A DNA stretch of 64,000 nucleotides from Lama guanicoe (lineage: Eukaryota), in the NCBI GenBank assembly GCA_013239625.1, contig MU054323.1:14245950-14309949 (forward strand). The letters run 5' to 3'. This document shows positions 1 to 12,390 of the stretch, in pieces; position 1 is the stretch's first letter, and the number at the start of each line of letters is the position of its first letter. The position numbers and the translations under genes are program-made. A model generated the notes under the pieces. It saw only the letters and a program-made list of their open reading frames with translations, did no database searches and was not told the DNA's origin.

Positions 1-356
1 CAACAGATTTCAAAGCAATTCACATTTATGTAAAAAGCAAGTGTTATCAAATGGCTCCTGCAAAAACCAATATATCATCTTACAAACTTTTACATTTTAT
101 TCAAATAAAAGGTACCTGGTTCGTTATTCTTTAGTTTACATGCATAGGGTTGTATGTATACAAATTTGGAATGAAAGCAGAGGATGGGAGATTGCATCTA
201 AAAGGAAAATCAGAAAAGCTAAATGACCTCATTAAATCTACATTATTGACAGTCAGAAGATGTCCCATGTACCACCTCAGCACCGATGTCTCAACAATAA
301 ACTGGAAAGAAGAGGGAGAGTTTGTAGTGGAGAGGACATAAGAATATAAACAAACT

Positions 357-775
357 TTTGCATTATTCTAAGTGAAATAAGTCAGAAAGAAAGACACATA
401 CTGTATGTTTTCACTCATGGAATCTAAAAAAGCTAAACTCGTAGAAATAGTACAATGATGGTTACCAGGGGCTGGAAGTGGGGGAACTGGGGAGATGTTG
501 TCAAAGGGTGAAAACTTCCAGTTATAAGATGAATAAGGTCAGGGCACCTGATTTACAGCAGGGTCAGTGTAATTCACAACACTGCATTGTAAAATTCAAA
601 GTTGTTAAGAGAGTAGATCTTAAATGTCATCACCACTCACTAACAAAAATGGTAATCTTACTATGGTAATCATTCCATAATATATATGTGTATCAAATAA
701 CCACATTGTGCACCTTAAACTTACATATGCTATGTGTTAATAATATCTCAATATTATTAGCTGGAAAAAATTAAT
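357..775 (+). mobile_element. LINE-1 3' end (L1MA9/10-like), 5'-truncated
   Basis: ORF2 tail 'ctaagtgaaataagtcagaaagaaagac', then the typical 3'UTR 'ggttaccaggggctgg...gagtagatcttaaatgt...gcaccttaaacttaca' and an A-rich end. Confidence 0.85.
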
Positions 776-2299
776 TGAAGGGAGTCTGCCATAACACTGC
801 CATGATGCTCCACTGTTAACAGTAGAAGAACTTTCAGCACCATGGACAGATTCAGGATAAATCATACACTATTTGCTAACCAGACTGCAGAGAAAATTAA
901 GGTTATATTGAATAAAACAATGAACTGAATTTATATAATTTCATTGAATTATTTGAATTTTCTAGATTATCCAGTTGTATATTATATTTAATTCACTGAT
1001 AAGAAAATTTTACATATCTTGTTAAAATATATTAAGTAAACATTCTATTTCGCAAACAAAAAAATACGGCTAAAAGTACACTATTAGATAACTATTACCG
1101 TAGGTGAGTACACAGCAAGACTATAAAGATTTCTTTGGTACCACTAATGATCTAGTATTTGCGTCTCCAAATTACAGACCCAGTGACTTGGAGGAAGTAG
1201 CCTCTAGTGTAGAAGCCTTTCAAACTCCTGGGCATAGAATAATGGTAAGCATTTTGGTTAGTTTCACGTCTGTTGGAATTTCTTATTTCAGGTTAATTTT
1301 AGAGTCTCAGAGTTTGAAGGACAAAGTATTGGTTTTGAGAATTAGGAGATGTAGTTTTTAGGTTTGGGTGTAGGGCTGGAATAGTCCTTTAATTCTTTTA
1401 ACCCTCTGGCTCCCAGTCTCCTCTGAGACTGTACAGTTAGATGATTTGAGAGGTATAGCTAGATGATCTCAAAGTTCTGGTAAGCATAGATCTTTATGAT
1501 TCATCATAGAGAAGCCACATAGAGCTATCAGTGCTTTCTTGTCACTGTGATGTTCAGTATCTCTTCTAAAAGCAGGACCAGGTGCTCTGCCCACTAAAGG
1601 TTTTTATTTGTTGTTTTGTTTTGTTTTGTTTTTTCAGTTCTTGCAATCATAGCAGCCAACCCCTGTGGGAGGCAGTGGTGAGCTATGGACTCACTTCCCC
1701 TGTGACAAGAACAATATCATAAAAAGCTTTTCTTTTTCTTTTGCAGCTTGTAATGCCTAGTATAAGCTGTGGCAAGGATTTTAACTATATTGCTAGAGGT
1801 TTTTATTACCTTAAGTGACATTTTGCTTCACTGGTGCCAGCAGAGCTTGTCACCAAGTACCACAGACCCATATCTGCCTCTCCCGAGATCTATCCTAGTC
1901 ACTCAGGCAATTTTGCTTTCACATGAGGATTATTTCAAGCTGTAGAAAACCACAGTGTCTTACTTCATGATTACACAAATCACCTTCTCAATCAAAGCAG
2001 ACAGATTCAGGTAGCAACATTCACTGACTGACTCCTGATAGTAAGAAAGCTTTCAATCTGATGAGCTGGAAATGTTGGAGTAGCATTACAAAGAAAAAAA
2101 AAGTGCTGAAAATGTCCATAAATGCCTTGAACAGAAATTGATGTAGTACTTCTTATAAATGCCCTTGCCTAAATAAACATTACCAGGTCATGTGTAAATA
2201 GTCATCATATTTTAATAGTCTTATTTTGAGTTTATGTTAGAAGTATCAAGGACAACATAAAATCAAGTACATTGGCTAAAGGAAGGTAAAAAATAATGT

Positions 2300-2490
2300 G
2301 TTGTGTGGTGTATTTAAAAGATTGTTGTACTTCAAGTCAGAAGATCCAGGTTGTGACCCTCCATGTTCTTCTCATTATCTGTGTGACCATAAAAGCCACC
2401 TAACCAATATGGTCCCCTATTTCCTGACCCATAAGATTGGCTTGACTGTGCACCCTTTTAAGATGCCTTCCTATTTAAAAATTCTTAGTT
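2300..2490 (+). mobile_element. MIR/MIR3 SINE remnant
   Basis: 'agtcagaagatccaggtt...ctgtgtgacc...tttcctgacccataa' resembles the MIR core. Confidence 0.5.
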
Positions 2491-3916
2491 TGTGTGCTCA
2501 GAATGAAACAGCATCTGCTTTTTTTTTTCAGAACTTCTAGGCTTTCTCCTCACCCCAAATTACTTCCTTTGTACTTGACTATCTCTAAAGCACTCCAGCT
2601 CTTAAAGATTAGCAAACTAAGATGCACACATTTTAATATCCTTCCATAATTTATATGTATAAGAAAAATATTTGCTGGCAAAGTACTTGAATTGCTATCT
2701 GCAAAATTTAGGCAAACACTGAAATAAAAATAATTCCTTTGTGTTTTAGTCCAAATTACCATGACCCACAACTTTATATAGTGATGAATAGAGGCACATC
2801 AAGTTGGGAATATAAGTTTTATCTCTTTATTCACTTTTTTATCACTTTATGCTCTTTATATTAATGTAATTGGATGCTAGCGGTCAACAAAATTATATAA
2901 ATTTATTTTTATTAACATGAAAAGATGTTTGTAAGCCATTGATACTAAAATGCAGTTACAAAAGAGTTTAGTATAACTCCATTATACTTACATATATATT
3001 CATATATAGTACAAATAATTTTATATATATTATTTGATTATCTGTTAAAGTATTGTAACTTTCACTTTTATTTGAGTTTTATATAGCACATATGCATTAC
3101 TTAAAAAAATTACACTGATATTGAAAAAAGTAAATTGAAAAAAAGTAAATCTTTCAAGTCGAAGTCCAAATTGATTTCATAAAGGCTTTTTTCTATACCT
3201 TAGTAATTATTATATTGAGACTTATAAGTATGTAAATGAATTATTCTTTCTTATATCTGTGGCACAAACTTGTTATTTTCCATTTTAGGCAGGACACTTA
3301 TACACAAACTGAGGTGTATCTATATAAATAATGTGTTTTTATTTTCAAATTTGAGCAATTATGGAAATTACGCTCAAAAAACCAAAACTGAATAGTTTAA
3401 TTTTGGCACTTACCTGTCAACCTCTCACCTGACAGTGTATGCCAGCAGATGCCCAATGAATGTTTTTGATTGAATAATACATTTTAGCATTATTATTTAG
3501 CATTAATAGATAGCATAAAAATAAGGCATCTTTAACCTTCAGGAAACATGGAAAGTTAAGTATTAGACCCTCTTTTTATAGATTAGGAAGCTGAGACATA
3601 GTTTTAAATTACTAAAGTCTCTGATTGAATGCCCATGGGTTTTTCTTTTTCCTTTTGGAGTAATTTGGTGATGTGTCTTGGAGTGAATAGTGACTTGTGT
3701 TCACAGACTTAACCTACATGACCACTGCAAAAAGTCTGAAATTCAGGTTTTTGTATATTTTATTAAAAAATAATTTCATGTGTTGCAAAGTATTTACTAT
3801 AAAATATATTTAAGTGCATATAAATTTGAAAAAAAGTAAAATAAATTCTGTAATACTGCCTTCTGGAGAAAATAATTGATAACATTTTGGTTCATATCAT
3901 GTGCATTTTCTTAGCC

Positions 3917-3918
<2 letters not shown>

Positions 3919-3948
<30 letters not shown>
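3919..3948. repeat. (TG)15 microsatellite
   Basis: Direct reading. Confidence 0.98.
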
Positions 3949-3951
<3 letters not shown>

Positions 3952-4220
3952 TTTTCAAGTCAAGGAATTATACTATACCATCTACTCTATAATGTGTCTG
4001 TGCCACCAAAAATAAATAAGGACTTTTGAATTATGTTAAATATTTTTCTTCTATTCTGCCTGCTATTTTATTCAATAGATGTGCTTTCATTAATTTAAAC
4101 TACTATAAATTTTCCTCAAAATTTTGGAATGCTAATATTTTTGGTCTGTAAATGAAGCTTCTCAGAATGGACTACCAACTAAAGTCTTTGCAAAATTACA
4201 GAATACTTCTAGATCTCATG

Positions 4221-4539
4221 TGTCTTAGATAGTTCAGGCTGCTGTAATAACACACCATAGACAAGATGGCTTATAAACAACACACGTTTGTTTCTCACAG
4301 TTCTGGAGGCTGGGAAGTCTAGGATCAAGGTCCCGGCCTATTCAGTGTTTAGTGAGAGCTTCCTGGCTCATAGAAATCTGTCTTTTCACTGTATCCTCAC
4401 ATGGCAGAAGAGAGAAGAGATCTCTCTGAACCCTCTTTTATAAGAACACGAATTGCATTCATGAGGGCTCTCCCTTCATGACCTAAGCAAGATTTCAACA
4501 TATGAATTTTAGGAAGACATTAACATTAAGACCATAGCA
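4221..4539 (-). mobile_element. MaLR solo LTR (MLT1A-like)
   Basis: TG...CA ends (tgtcttag ... ccatagca); 'ggcttataaacaac', 'tttctcacagttctggaggctgggaagtc'. Confidence 0.9.
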
Positions 4540-6279
4540 CCACATTCTAAATCCAGAGTAAAACAACCATAGTACAAAAAAATAGTACAGTTGTCAATGA
4601 TTGTGATAAATTTTAACAGAGAGGAAGAAAGCTGTACCTCTAAATACTTTGCTATCGTATGTCCATCAAGATTGGACTGCTGTCCACATTGCTAAGCTGA
4701 TCTCTCATTAGTACCCAAAGATGCCCCAGCCAAGATGGCAGGTTCACCTGTACTTTTTTCTACAGGTACAGCTGTGCTGGAGGCAGTTCTTTTAAAAGGA
4801 AGCTATGGGCAGGAAGAGGGAGCCAGTTGCAGCTGACTTTGACATGTGGTTAATTATTTAAACTTTTAAGTAGCTAAGAAGAATAAGGTCTCTGCCATTT
4901 TTTCTTTTCCTCTTACAAACCTAAAGTAACTGAGTCAGGGACTTGGGCAATGTAAATTGTCAGGTCTCACTATCTATCTTGACCTCCTTGCTGTAGTAGC
5001 AGCACCTTTTTAAGCCAACTGAGTGGGAGTTGAAAGAAAAATGCCTTAAATAGGCAAGGTTCCTGCAGTCAAAGCAAAGCAGAAAATTGAACCAATTATC
5101 CAGACAGTTTAGGGAAAGACAAGTAAGGAATTCTGGACATACCAGCCAAATAGAAAATTAATTCATGAAAAATTGAATGCGTCAATTCTCATCACAGTTC
5201 AACTCTTGCTTTGCAGAAGGCTGTACAAATGATGTCCCTGAGTTTAAATGGCAAAAAAAAAGTAACTAAATGCCACTCACTTACCCTGCTTGACTCAAAC
5301 CTTCCAGCCTCAAACTTTTTGCTCTAGTCAACCACCACCCTCTGCTTTGCCTCTAGATTCACAAAACTCTTAACCACCATCTAATGCAGTGTTTTAGGGA
5401 CGTATTCTTGTAGAGAATTGGCAGCTGGTTTTTGCTAACATCACACACTCACTTTAATTGCCATTTTTTTCTATCAATCCTCCAGGTTCCTCTCCTTCCT
5501 GCCCCTTTCCCACCCAGTTCCAAGCACCCAATAGAATATGCCCTTTCTCGTCCTCAAGACTTTGTTTTGCCTGGACATTTAGGTCTGTAAATTATGTTAT
5601 ATACTTGCTTTGTCTTGATGCGCAATTCACTGCCGTATTTTAAAAAGCAGATTTTTATCTTGTAGCATGCATTAAATGTGATATGTTAATACACTAAAGA
5701 ATTAACTTATTATCCTGCAGGTTAGATTTTTATATTTTAATGGAGATTAGGTGCAACTGGGACTGGTAACTTCTAAAATCTTAAACCACTGGAGTTACAA
5801 CTGCATGATAATTTCAGGCACTGTGGATGGATAATGAGGGACTATTGTGAAGCAGATGGATCTCTTATTGGCTGTATAATGCACCCCCTGTGATGTCATG
5901 CATAAAGCTGGATGCCTGTTAAATCCAACCAGTGTTTTGTTTTTCTGCTTTACTCTGTTGAAATATATTCTCATTATTATGTCAGACACCTTCCTTATAC
6001 CTTCCTCACCTCTTTCCCCTTTATTAATTGCTTCAATATTGCTTCCAGTAAAAATCTGGAAAGAAAGGCATTCCCTTTGCATCTGCTATACTTACGTTTC
6101 TAAAATTTATATCCCTTTCCCTTCTGCCTTTCCAAACAAGTGATCAAAGAAAATCCCATCAATTCTACTGTTCATAGGGAATAGGAAAAATAAATTGGCA
6201 CCACCAATGGCCTACCCTAGTGACATTTATTTGTTTCAACAAATGTCATGAGGCAGACTTGGAGTAAACAAGTCTGGAA

Positions 6280-6512
6280 CAAAGTCTAAGCTTTGCTTTA
6301 AAATAGACTTAGGTTTCTTTTAGTTCTGTCCTTTAATAAGCGTGAGAACTTCACCAAGATGCCTGATCTACCAGGACTTGAGTTTCATCATCTCTAATGT
6401 GGAGGTTACATTATTTACTTCAGATGTTATCGCTGGAATTGGATGATATGTTTATAAAGTGCTAATGGTGTAAATACACTGTTTAGTGAATGGTGGCTGA
6501 TTAGTATTATTT
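6280..6512 (+). mobile_element. MIR SINE
   Basis: 'gagtttcatcatctctaatgtggag' core and 'taaagtgct...tattatt' tail. Confidence 0.6.
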
Positions 6513-6647
6513 GCAAAACACTGTATCAAATGTTGCAGAAGTTACAGAGATGAATAAGATAGACTTGCTTTCTCTAAGCTACTCACAGGCTAATGGTGAG
6601 TTCAGCTAATGTTACAATGGGTACATTTCTGAATATCAAGTAAAATC

Positions 6648-7025
6648 TGATGTTAACTAAATTGTGTCTCACCAAAATTCATATCTTTGAAGCCCTAACC
6701 CACAATGTGACTGTATTTGGAGATGGGGCCTTTCAGGAGGTAATTCAGTGAAATGATGTCATAAGGGTGGGGCCCTAATCCAATGTGACTAGTCTTTTAT
6801 AAGAAGAGGAGATACCAGGAGTACACACACACACAGAGGAAAGGCCTTGTGAGAGAGAACTCAGTGAGGAGATAGCCTTCTGGGAGGGGCCTCAGGAGAA
6901 ACTAATCCTGCCAACACCTTCATCTGGGATTTCCAGCCTCTGTAACCATTTGAGAATAAATTTCTGTTGTTTAAGCCACCCAGTCTGTGGTATTTTGTTA
7001 TGGAATCCTCACTGCCTAGTATACT
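6648..7025 (+). mobile_element. MaLR solo LTR (MLT1A-like)
   Basis: 'aattgtgtctcaccaaaattcatat...gtgactgtatttggagat...aataaatttctgttgtttaagccacccagtctgtggtattttgttatgg'. Confidence 0.9.
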
Positions 7026-7106
7026 TGATATCAGAGAAGAACAGTTGGCTAACTGGGAGTTCAGAGAAGGGAGAAAGTTACTCTGGTTGTTTTTAGATGA
7101 AAGTAG

Positions 7107-7583
7107 TGTTACTGAGTCCAAGCTCATACTGCTCTGCTTGCCGCATGACAGGCCAATAAATTGAGAGATGAGGTGTTGGGGCAAGGAATAGCAACTTTGT
7201 TCAGAAGGCCAGCAGATTGAGGAGATGGTCAACTAGTGTCCCAGTGAATCTTCTTACCTGAGTTAGAATTCAGGCTTCTTTTATAGTAAAAGGGAATGGG
7301 TTGTGGCTGGTTGTTGGCACAGGTGTGGTCACAATGTTCCTATAAGCCTCCAACAAGAAAAGTGTTATTTTCTGTTCTGCAACTTTTTATCTCTATATAA
7401 ATGGAAAAGTGTTATGCCTTTAAATATCAGAGGCTTGAAAATGGGCTATGATGTATTTCAGGCTACAGGCAGCATCCTTTTACAAAGGTGCAGAGCCAGC
7501 ATGACTAAGCACAAGGAACAAAGCACAAGGGTTAGAACTAAAGGAATAGATCCAGTACGGAGGCAGGTTTGTTCTCTGTTGCA
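7107..7583 (-). mobile_element. ERV1-class solo LTR
   Basis: TG...CA termini, 4-bp flanks gtag/gaag (3/4 match), minus-strand TATA-like TATAAAA near 7279. Confidence 0.75.
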
Positions 7584-8009
7584 GAAGCAGAGAAAGTCTG
7601 CATGGAGGTAAGCCTTGGAGAATAGGTGGGTGTTGAACAAAGGGAGGTGGGGGGCACATGCAAATGCAGGGAAGATGCTGCAAGCCTGGTTGGGGGAGAT
7701 TGGACACCTTGGACAGAGCAGATTAGTTCAGGGTGTTCCTTCAGACATAGTATTATTTCTTCACCTTAGGAAGTTTAGCACATAGAAAATAAATGTGACT
7801 ATATGTAGACATGACTTTTTGTTATTAAAATAATCAAATGTGCAGCTTAAAAGAGATTATCTCTTTCCCCAGGAAGGTCTGAAGCACTTGTCCTCCACAG
7901 TAGCATAATCCATTTCACCCATCTTGTTAATATTCTGTATGTAAAGGACGTGTTTTGAATAATAGAATTACTTGTCTTTGGAAACAAGGAAGCAACAGAA
8001 ACAGTGCTG

Positions 8010-8235
8010 TTTTTACACATAAAAGCTTTTGAGTCAAACAGTTTGGATTAGATTCCTGGCTCCTCAATTTGTTAGCTGTTTGCCTTTCACAAAATTCTCA
8101 ATTTCCTCATCTGCAAATCTAATTGTAACCCCTGCTTCCTACCTCACAGGACTAAGTGTGAGAATGAAATAAAGTCGTGCATGTAAGCAGTTAGTACAGT
8201 GCCTGGAACAAAATACATACTAACTATCATTTCAG
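8010..8235 (+). mobile_element. MIR SINE
   Basis: 'gagtcaaacagtttggattagattcctggctc...tttcctcatctgcaaa...tacctcacagg...acagtgcctggaaca'. Confidence 0.85.
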
Positions 8236-9239
8236 TTATCATGCTGTAGTACTCATCAGGAAACAGGATCACACAGGTTGTTGTCTTTATATAGCAGCCA
8301 TCAAATCAAAGGGAGTCAGTGGTGTGATTTGATGGAAACCACTTACTTACTCACCCCTACTTTTATCCCTATACTGCATTGAAGTTAATTCCTTTGTTCC
8401 TAGAATAAGCAGTAGACACATCCTTTGGGCAAAAGCAATGATGGTTCTAGGAGTATTGGGGGAAAATATAAATACATACTAAGTTGCTGGCAGTCTTTAC
8501 CATACAAACAGATCATATGGATGTTTTTCCACAGCTAGCTAAGACAGGACTCTAAGGAAAATGTACTTTGATGAGGTTTAGGACGAAGAGATGTGTCATG
8601 CACTCAGGAGTGCAGATGCAGGGGAAGGTTTGAGTGTAGTGTTGGGCAGCCCTGGATTGCTGTCAGCATCATAACCCCAGGAAGGTGTGGTTGTCAAGAA
8701 GGAAAGAGATGTATGCAGATCTCAAACAGTAGCATATTTCTCAAGCTCCTCAAGCTAGCATAGTTTTTTTTTTTTAACAAACAAATTATAAGTCAGAGTA
8801 AAATTTATTACCCTAAATCCCAGGAATGAAATATTAAAAAATCCTAGACCTTTTCTTTTTATAGAAGGAAATAATTTAATTTTTTCCAAAGAATTGAAGA
8901 GTGTGATAGGAATGGAGATACATATACTCATTACACACACAGTTATATGTGTATGTATGTGTGTATATATATGTGTGTGTGTGTATAATGAGTATACTTA
9001 ATGACTTTATAGATATATGTATACTCTTATTTTTTTAAATATCATTCTGTAGTATCCCTCCAAAATGCATATATAATCTAGAAAATCAAGTCAGTGATCT
9101 AAGGTTGTGATGGCAGTCCTCTTCATCCAGAGGGCTCTAATGCTTGTTTTCTCTTTATTGTGCCTTGTTAGGGTTCATAGGTCTTGGGTAAACCTTGCTT
9201 CCATATCAGTCACATGAACTTTTTTTCTGTCAGCATTAA

Positions 9240-9571
9240 ATCTTAGCCTGTTTCAGGTGTTATAACAAAATAGTACAGATTGGATGGCTTATAAACAATA
9301 GAAATTTATTTTTCATAGTTCTGGACACTGGAAGTTCAAAATCAAGACATCATCATGGTTGTGTTCTGGTGAGAACTTATTTCCTGGTTCACAGTCTTTG
9401 CCTTCCCAGTGTGTCCCCACATGTTGGAAGGGGCTAGGGAGCTATCTGGGGTCTGTTTTATAAGGGCACTAATCCTACTCAGTTGGGCTCCTTCATGATC
9501 TAAGCATCTCCCAAAGGCATTAGGATTTCAAGAGTAAACTTTATGGGGACACAAACATTTGGACTGTGTCA
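9240..9571 (-). mobile_element. MaLR solo LTR (MLT1A-like)
   Basis: 'ggcttataaacaatagaaatttatttttcatagttctgga...ttttataagggcactaatcc...ggggacacaaacatt'. Confidence 0.9.
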
Positions 9572-9734
9572 TCTGATAACTGATTTCTTCATGAAAATAC
9601 GGAGAAGAGAGTAAGATAGAGTGTCAAAACCTGGGACAACAAGTGGCCTTAGTTTAAAGATCTCTCACAAAACATTACTGCCTTGGACTCATTCTCATTC
9701 TGTCTTTGCATCTTTATCACTGGCATTGCTAGTA

Positions 9735-9925
9735 GAGCATTGTGAGTGAGAGTGCAGCACTGGGCCCCACTGGCACTGGCCCTGGGAGAAGTCCTTGGAC
9801 CAGCTTGTCCAAGTGATCCTATCTTTCAGTGCTTCAGTTTTTTCATCTGCAGCATGCAGTTAATAATAATAGTAATAATAATATTCCTGACTCATAGGAT
9901 GATTGTAAGAATCAAGTGAATATGT
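9735..9925 (+). mobile_element. MIR SINE
   Basis: 'ttcagtttttcatctgcagcatgcagttaataata...ctcataggatgattgtaagaat'. Confidence 0.75.
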
Positions 9926-10159
9926 ATATTTATATTACACATGTATATATAAATTATGTATGTGATTTATATTCACTGTGTACATGTATAGTAAAATAAA
10001 CATGCAGATGTGTGTGTGAGTATATATTCCTTAAGGTACATACATGTACACACATCTGTCTTAAAGAATGCCTCACACGTAAGTACTAAGTGTCTGCTGT
10101 TATGTGTTTACTATCCTTTGCTGTCAGTGAGCTCATAATACAGATAGAAAGAGACAGGA

Positions 10160-10370
10160 AGCATGTTGTACAGTGATTAAATATATAGACTCTGAAGTAA
10201 GATCGCCTTGGGAAATTTATTCAACCTTTCAAAGGCTTTTCTTCCTCATTTGTTACAGTGAAATGATAATACTATTTATAGGGCCATTACAAATATTAAA
10301 TGATCTCATACCTATGAACTATCTGGCATAATGCCTAACATATACTAAGAGCTCAGTAATTATAAGCTTC
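10160..10370 (+). mobile_element. MIR SINE
   Basis: 'ccttgggaaatttattcaacc...ttcctcatttgttacagtgaaatgataat...gcctaacatatactaagagctcagtaa'. Confidence 0.75.
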
Positions 10371-11479
10371 TTTTTTATCATTTTTAATGTGTTATTATTA
10401 TTAGATCAACTTCAATAAATATTTGACCTATTATTATTAGTGTTAGTCTTAACTTTAGTATTAATCAAGCACTCATAGAATTTCCCTAATAAAGACTATG
10501 TGTGCCTATCATGCCTTTAGATGTGGTGTAATGCTGGCTATTGCAATTTGAGGTATGGCCACAGAATATTCATTAAATATCCTAATAATTAGAATTTAGA
10601 CATGTCCCTTTAAAATTCCTCTTTGATTATTTTCTGCAGTGTTTTTGTTTTTCTTTGGAATTCCCAGGCTTCTGCCTTGCACTATGTTTCTTATGGAGTT
10701 GGGCACACATTATTAGTACAATCAAGTTTCTGGTGTAGTAACAGAAGATAGCAGTTCTCTAAAAGAGGACTTCAGATTAATTTCTAAGCAGCAAGACTGC
10801 TGCTGTGCTGTCCGTCATTGTCAGACACTCCATTCTTCCTACGTGAGCAGGAATAACAATAAATGCTTCTAGCAAGAAAATCGCCTGCCAAAACCCACAT
10901 CTTTAAAAGTGGACTCTGAACAGACACCTCATAATGAACCTGCCCTCATCTCTGATCCCATGAAATAATCTATTAGCTAACCATCAAGTTGTTCATTAAC
11001 TGTCCCTTCTTCACACCTTAGATATAATATAAAATTTTCTTTCTTTGATTCACTGTTAAACATAAAACAAATATATTGCTCTGATGTTTTATTTCAAAGG
11101 ACTGTGGTCTTTATGTCTGTCAACTTTTGTCCAGTTCAGTGATATTGTGGTGTAGCAATCCTAAACCTTTCTAAGTCCTTCCTTGCATTTAGCTGCTGTA
11201 GGATACACTGACCTGTCTCAACTCTTTAACTTCAGTGAAGAAGGCATAATTTGCATATAGCTCATTTTTGCAAATAGTCACAGTGCACAGACCATTTGGT
11301 CTGCAGATTGTTGTCATTTTATAATTGAAAAGAAAAAAAAAACTCCATATGAATTAGATCAGAATACAATGCGTGGCATTCATCTTCCAATTCAATGTGG
11401 CCTGAATCTTGCTGTTTTATCATATATTCCATCATTTTTCCCATTTTGAATATATGAGCCTAAAAACCAGCTCTCCAGG

Positions 11480-11700
11480 GTGTGTGGCTATATTCACAAC
11501 TCACTTAAAATTCAGCTTTTTATTTCTATATGACCTTTACCAGTCATACTAACCTCCAAAAGCCTCAATTTTCTCATTGGTGGAACAAAGATAATAATAT
11601 TACCTACCCCAAAGGGTTGCTGTGAGGTTGAAATGAACAATCCTTGTTAAGTGGATGGCCGAGTTCCACACATACAAGAAGGGCCCAGAACACGTTTTCT
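11480..11700 (+). mobile_element. MIR SINE
   Basis: 'agcctcaattttctcattgg...ataataatattacctaccccaaagggttgctgtgaggttgaaatga'. Confidence 0.8.
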
Positions 11701-12164
11701 GTCATTTTGTTTTTAATACCTTAGGAGTATGAATAAAGATCCCTTCAGAAAGGATATGATGGTTCTTCAGAGACTGCTAGGCAGAAAAGTACGCACGACA
11801 TTGTTTTCCCAAAAAGCACGTTTAAAGTAGGGTTATATGTTAATAAAAACACACAGGCTTTTGAACTTGCTACCCAGGTCCAGGCTAGACTTATAGGCCT
11901 GAGGTTGTGCTAACTATAGTGGGAATGATAAATATCGGACATCCTTAGTGGGGAAATCACAATTGAAATTTATATACATTGACAAAAGTCAGGAGGCTGA
12001 GAAAAGAGATCTATGGATGGCTTGTGCTGATTGCCAGAAGAAAAAGAATGACCCTAGATGTCGACCAATGTCGACATCTCCAGATAAACAAATACAAAAT
12101 ACTAGATCAACACATATAATACGTCATCAGATACACAGTTTTATGTAGTGAATTGTAATGTATA

Positions 12165-12350
12165 CCAGATGGCAAACAGGCAGCTCTAGGCTGATTTCAG
12201 GCAATAGATATGTTTTTCTAGGCCTGCACAATGTTGGATGAGATAGTAGCTTAAACATTATGAATTATTTTTGAACATTGGGAAAATAGGATATTTTATA
12301 TAAAATCCAGATACATGTTTAAATGGCTTATTAAAAATTACTAGGCAAAT
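12165..12350 (+). mobile_element. hAT-Charlie DNA transposon (MER102-like), 5' part
   Basis: 'gatggcaaacaggcagc...gatatgtttttctaggcctgcacaatgtt...atataaaatccagat' resembles the MER102 5' half; apparent 3' half at 15290-15522. Confidence 0.55.
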
Positions 12351-12390
12351 AAAAGCGTAGCACAAGGGAGCCCCATGGTAATGGAACAGT

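Noticed and set aside
6861..7707. Cluster of 60-123 aa ORFs
   Set aside because: They overlap MLT1A and ERV1 LTRs; 'ITKYHRLGGLNNRNLF' is a typical MLT1 translation
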